A stretch of 64,000 nucleotides of DNA from Nageia nagi (lineage: Eukaryota > Plantae > Pinophyta), in NCBI GenBank assembly GCA_050084985.1, contig JBITNC010000001.1:74090001-74154000 (forward strand), read 5' to 3'. Below are positions 62,653-64,000 of this stretch, piece after piece (position 1 is the stretch's first letter; each line of letters opens with the position of its first letter). Under the pieces are notes generated by a model that did no database searches, was not told the origin of the DNA, and was given only the letters and a program-made list of their open reading frames with translations. The position numbers were made by a program, and so were the translations under genes.

Positions 62653-64000
62653 TCATAATTTTCATAGTTTTATTTTATTTTGAAGAAAATTCATTTATTT
62701 TTATGAAATAATTTTATTATAGTTGATAATTAACTCCCAAGTTTATGATAGATGAGGATTTGCTCCAACAAAATTGAAGGACATCTTGTAATGCTATGTG
62801 GTAATGTTTTATTGGACCACTTATTATTTCTTGAAACCCATAATCAGGGTTAGGAAAACATTTAGAGGTACCATAAAAATTATTTATATCCCATTTGGGT
62901 TCATTTGTAGGGGATTAGATATTTTACACTCGAGAGAGAACTTAAATTTTACTTCTAATCAAATAAGTTTCCTCTATTTGCTAATGTGGTATTATTCCAA
63001 GCAATTGAATGGTGAATGTATCTCATTGATGGAATCATGAAGATGTATTGAATACTATTGCTATCTTGCATTTTTCATGTTTACTTGGTTCATTTTATGA
63101 ACCTCATATCAAGGTGGATAAAAGAGTTTGTTGAAAATTATTTGAAGTAATCTTTGAATGAAATTTATGAGAAATAATTCAAGGTTTGCATAATAAACTT
63201 GTGTTGTCTAAGGTGGCTCCTTTTATGCTACTTAGCACAAGTGCTTCTCTCTGTTATTGATTTTCTTCCTATGATCTACCTCACTATCATCCTTTCTTAC
63301 AACTTTACACTCTTTTCACTAATTCATTCATGTAGTTATCTAGTGAAAAAGATCGAGAGTGTGTAGAACTCACATCAATATCAAGAGGAGTATACACCAT
63401 TCTCTACATTAGTAGGTGAGATCATATGCATCTTTTTCCACTCATATACCACCATCTAATCAACCTTTTTCTTCTTTTTTTATGCAATTTTCACACCCTC
63501 TTTTACTCTTTCCCTCTTTTGAGAGACAACAAATTTTTGGAATAGGGACCCTTTGATTCCTTGACTAACAAATCTTATTTGAGTTGGTATTAGCTTTAAA
63601 TATCTCTATGAGATCACCTGAGTGACCTCTTGCATATTCCACTATTGAACCATTGAGGTAAATAGTCCTCATAGCAGGTAAGGATCAAACCCTATCACTT
63701 GATTGTTGATGTATTTCTGCTAGCCTTGTAGTTTTATTTTCCTATCAACAAGGTAGGAAAGAAAAAGTGAAAAAGTCCCCAACTTATATGCTATTATTTT
63801 ATAAATATGCCTTGCTATAGAAATGATAAATAAAACTACCAAATACATGATTGACAAGTTCTACAAAATTCACATTGCAATGACATAGGTTTACTATGAA
63901 AATCATTAAATCAAGCAATTCAATGTGATCAAACAAAAAACATTGATGTGTAAGGCCAATAAATATTTTAATATTTGATTCAATATTATGTTAATAAGTA

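Larger units (their letters stand above)
45126..63784 (+). mobile_element. Full-length 18.7-kb Ty3/gypsy Tat element (TatI/TatII-type domain order) with ~5.9-kb LTRs
   Basis: Direct repeats 45126-51063 and 57811-63784, with termini TGTTG..CAACA and TGTTA..CAACT. TSD CATAT/TATAT (4/5 match). PBS at 51069. gag-PR-aRH-RT-RH-INT lies between the repeats. Confidence 0.92.
57811..63784 (+). repeat. 3' LTR (5974 bp)
   Basis: TGTTATGACTAAAATACAACATGCC...AAAAGTCCCCAACT, followed by the TSD copy TATAT. Confidence 0.9.

Overview
AT-rich plant genomic DNA, very probably a gymnosperm. Supporting signs are a Tat element with PR-aRH-RT-RH-INT order, an RTEX-like LINE and a conifer-style PLS-PPR relic; the taxon is inferred, not shown. 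Most of the window is old, nested, CpG-depleted retroelements. Left to right: (1) a Tekay/Del-like Ty3/gypsy with a 1.37-kb internal tandem duplication, whose LTR carries a complete Reina-like chromovirus; (2) a Tat-like pol relic split by an RTEX-like LINE; (3) a PPR pseudogene fragment; (4) the only host gene, a GIL1/DUF641 homologue broken by one missing G in a homopolymer; (5) copia and other LTR fragments; (6) an old ~5-kb tandem duplication; (7) a plant-mobile-domain relic; (8) a full-length 18.7-kb Tat element (45126-63784). The last is the most unusual object. Each of its ~5.9-kb LTRs holds an array of eight ~44-bp palindromes separated by non-repeated spacers, then a TATA box, then a decayed ~1000-codon ORF of unknown function. 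All alignments and translations were done by eye; no database searches were run.
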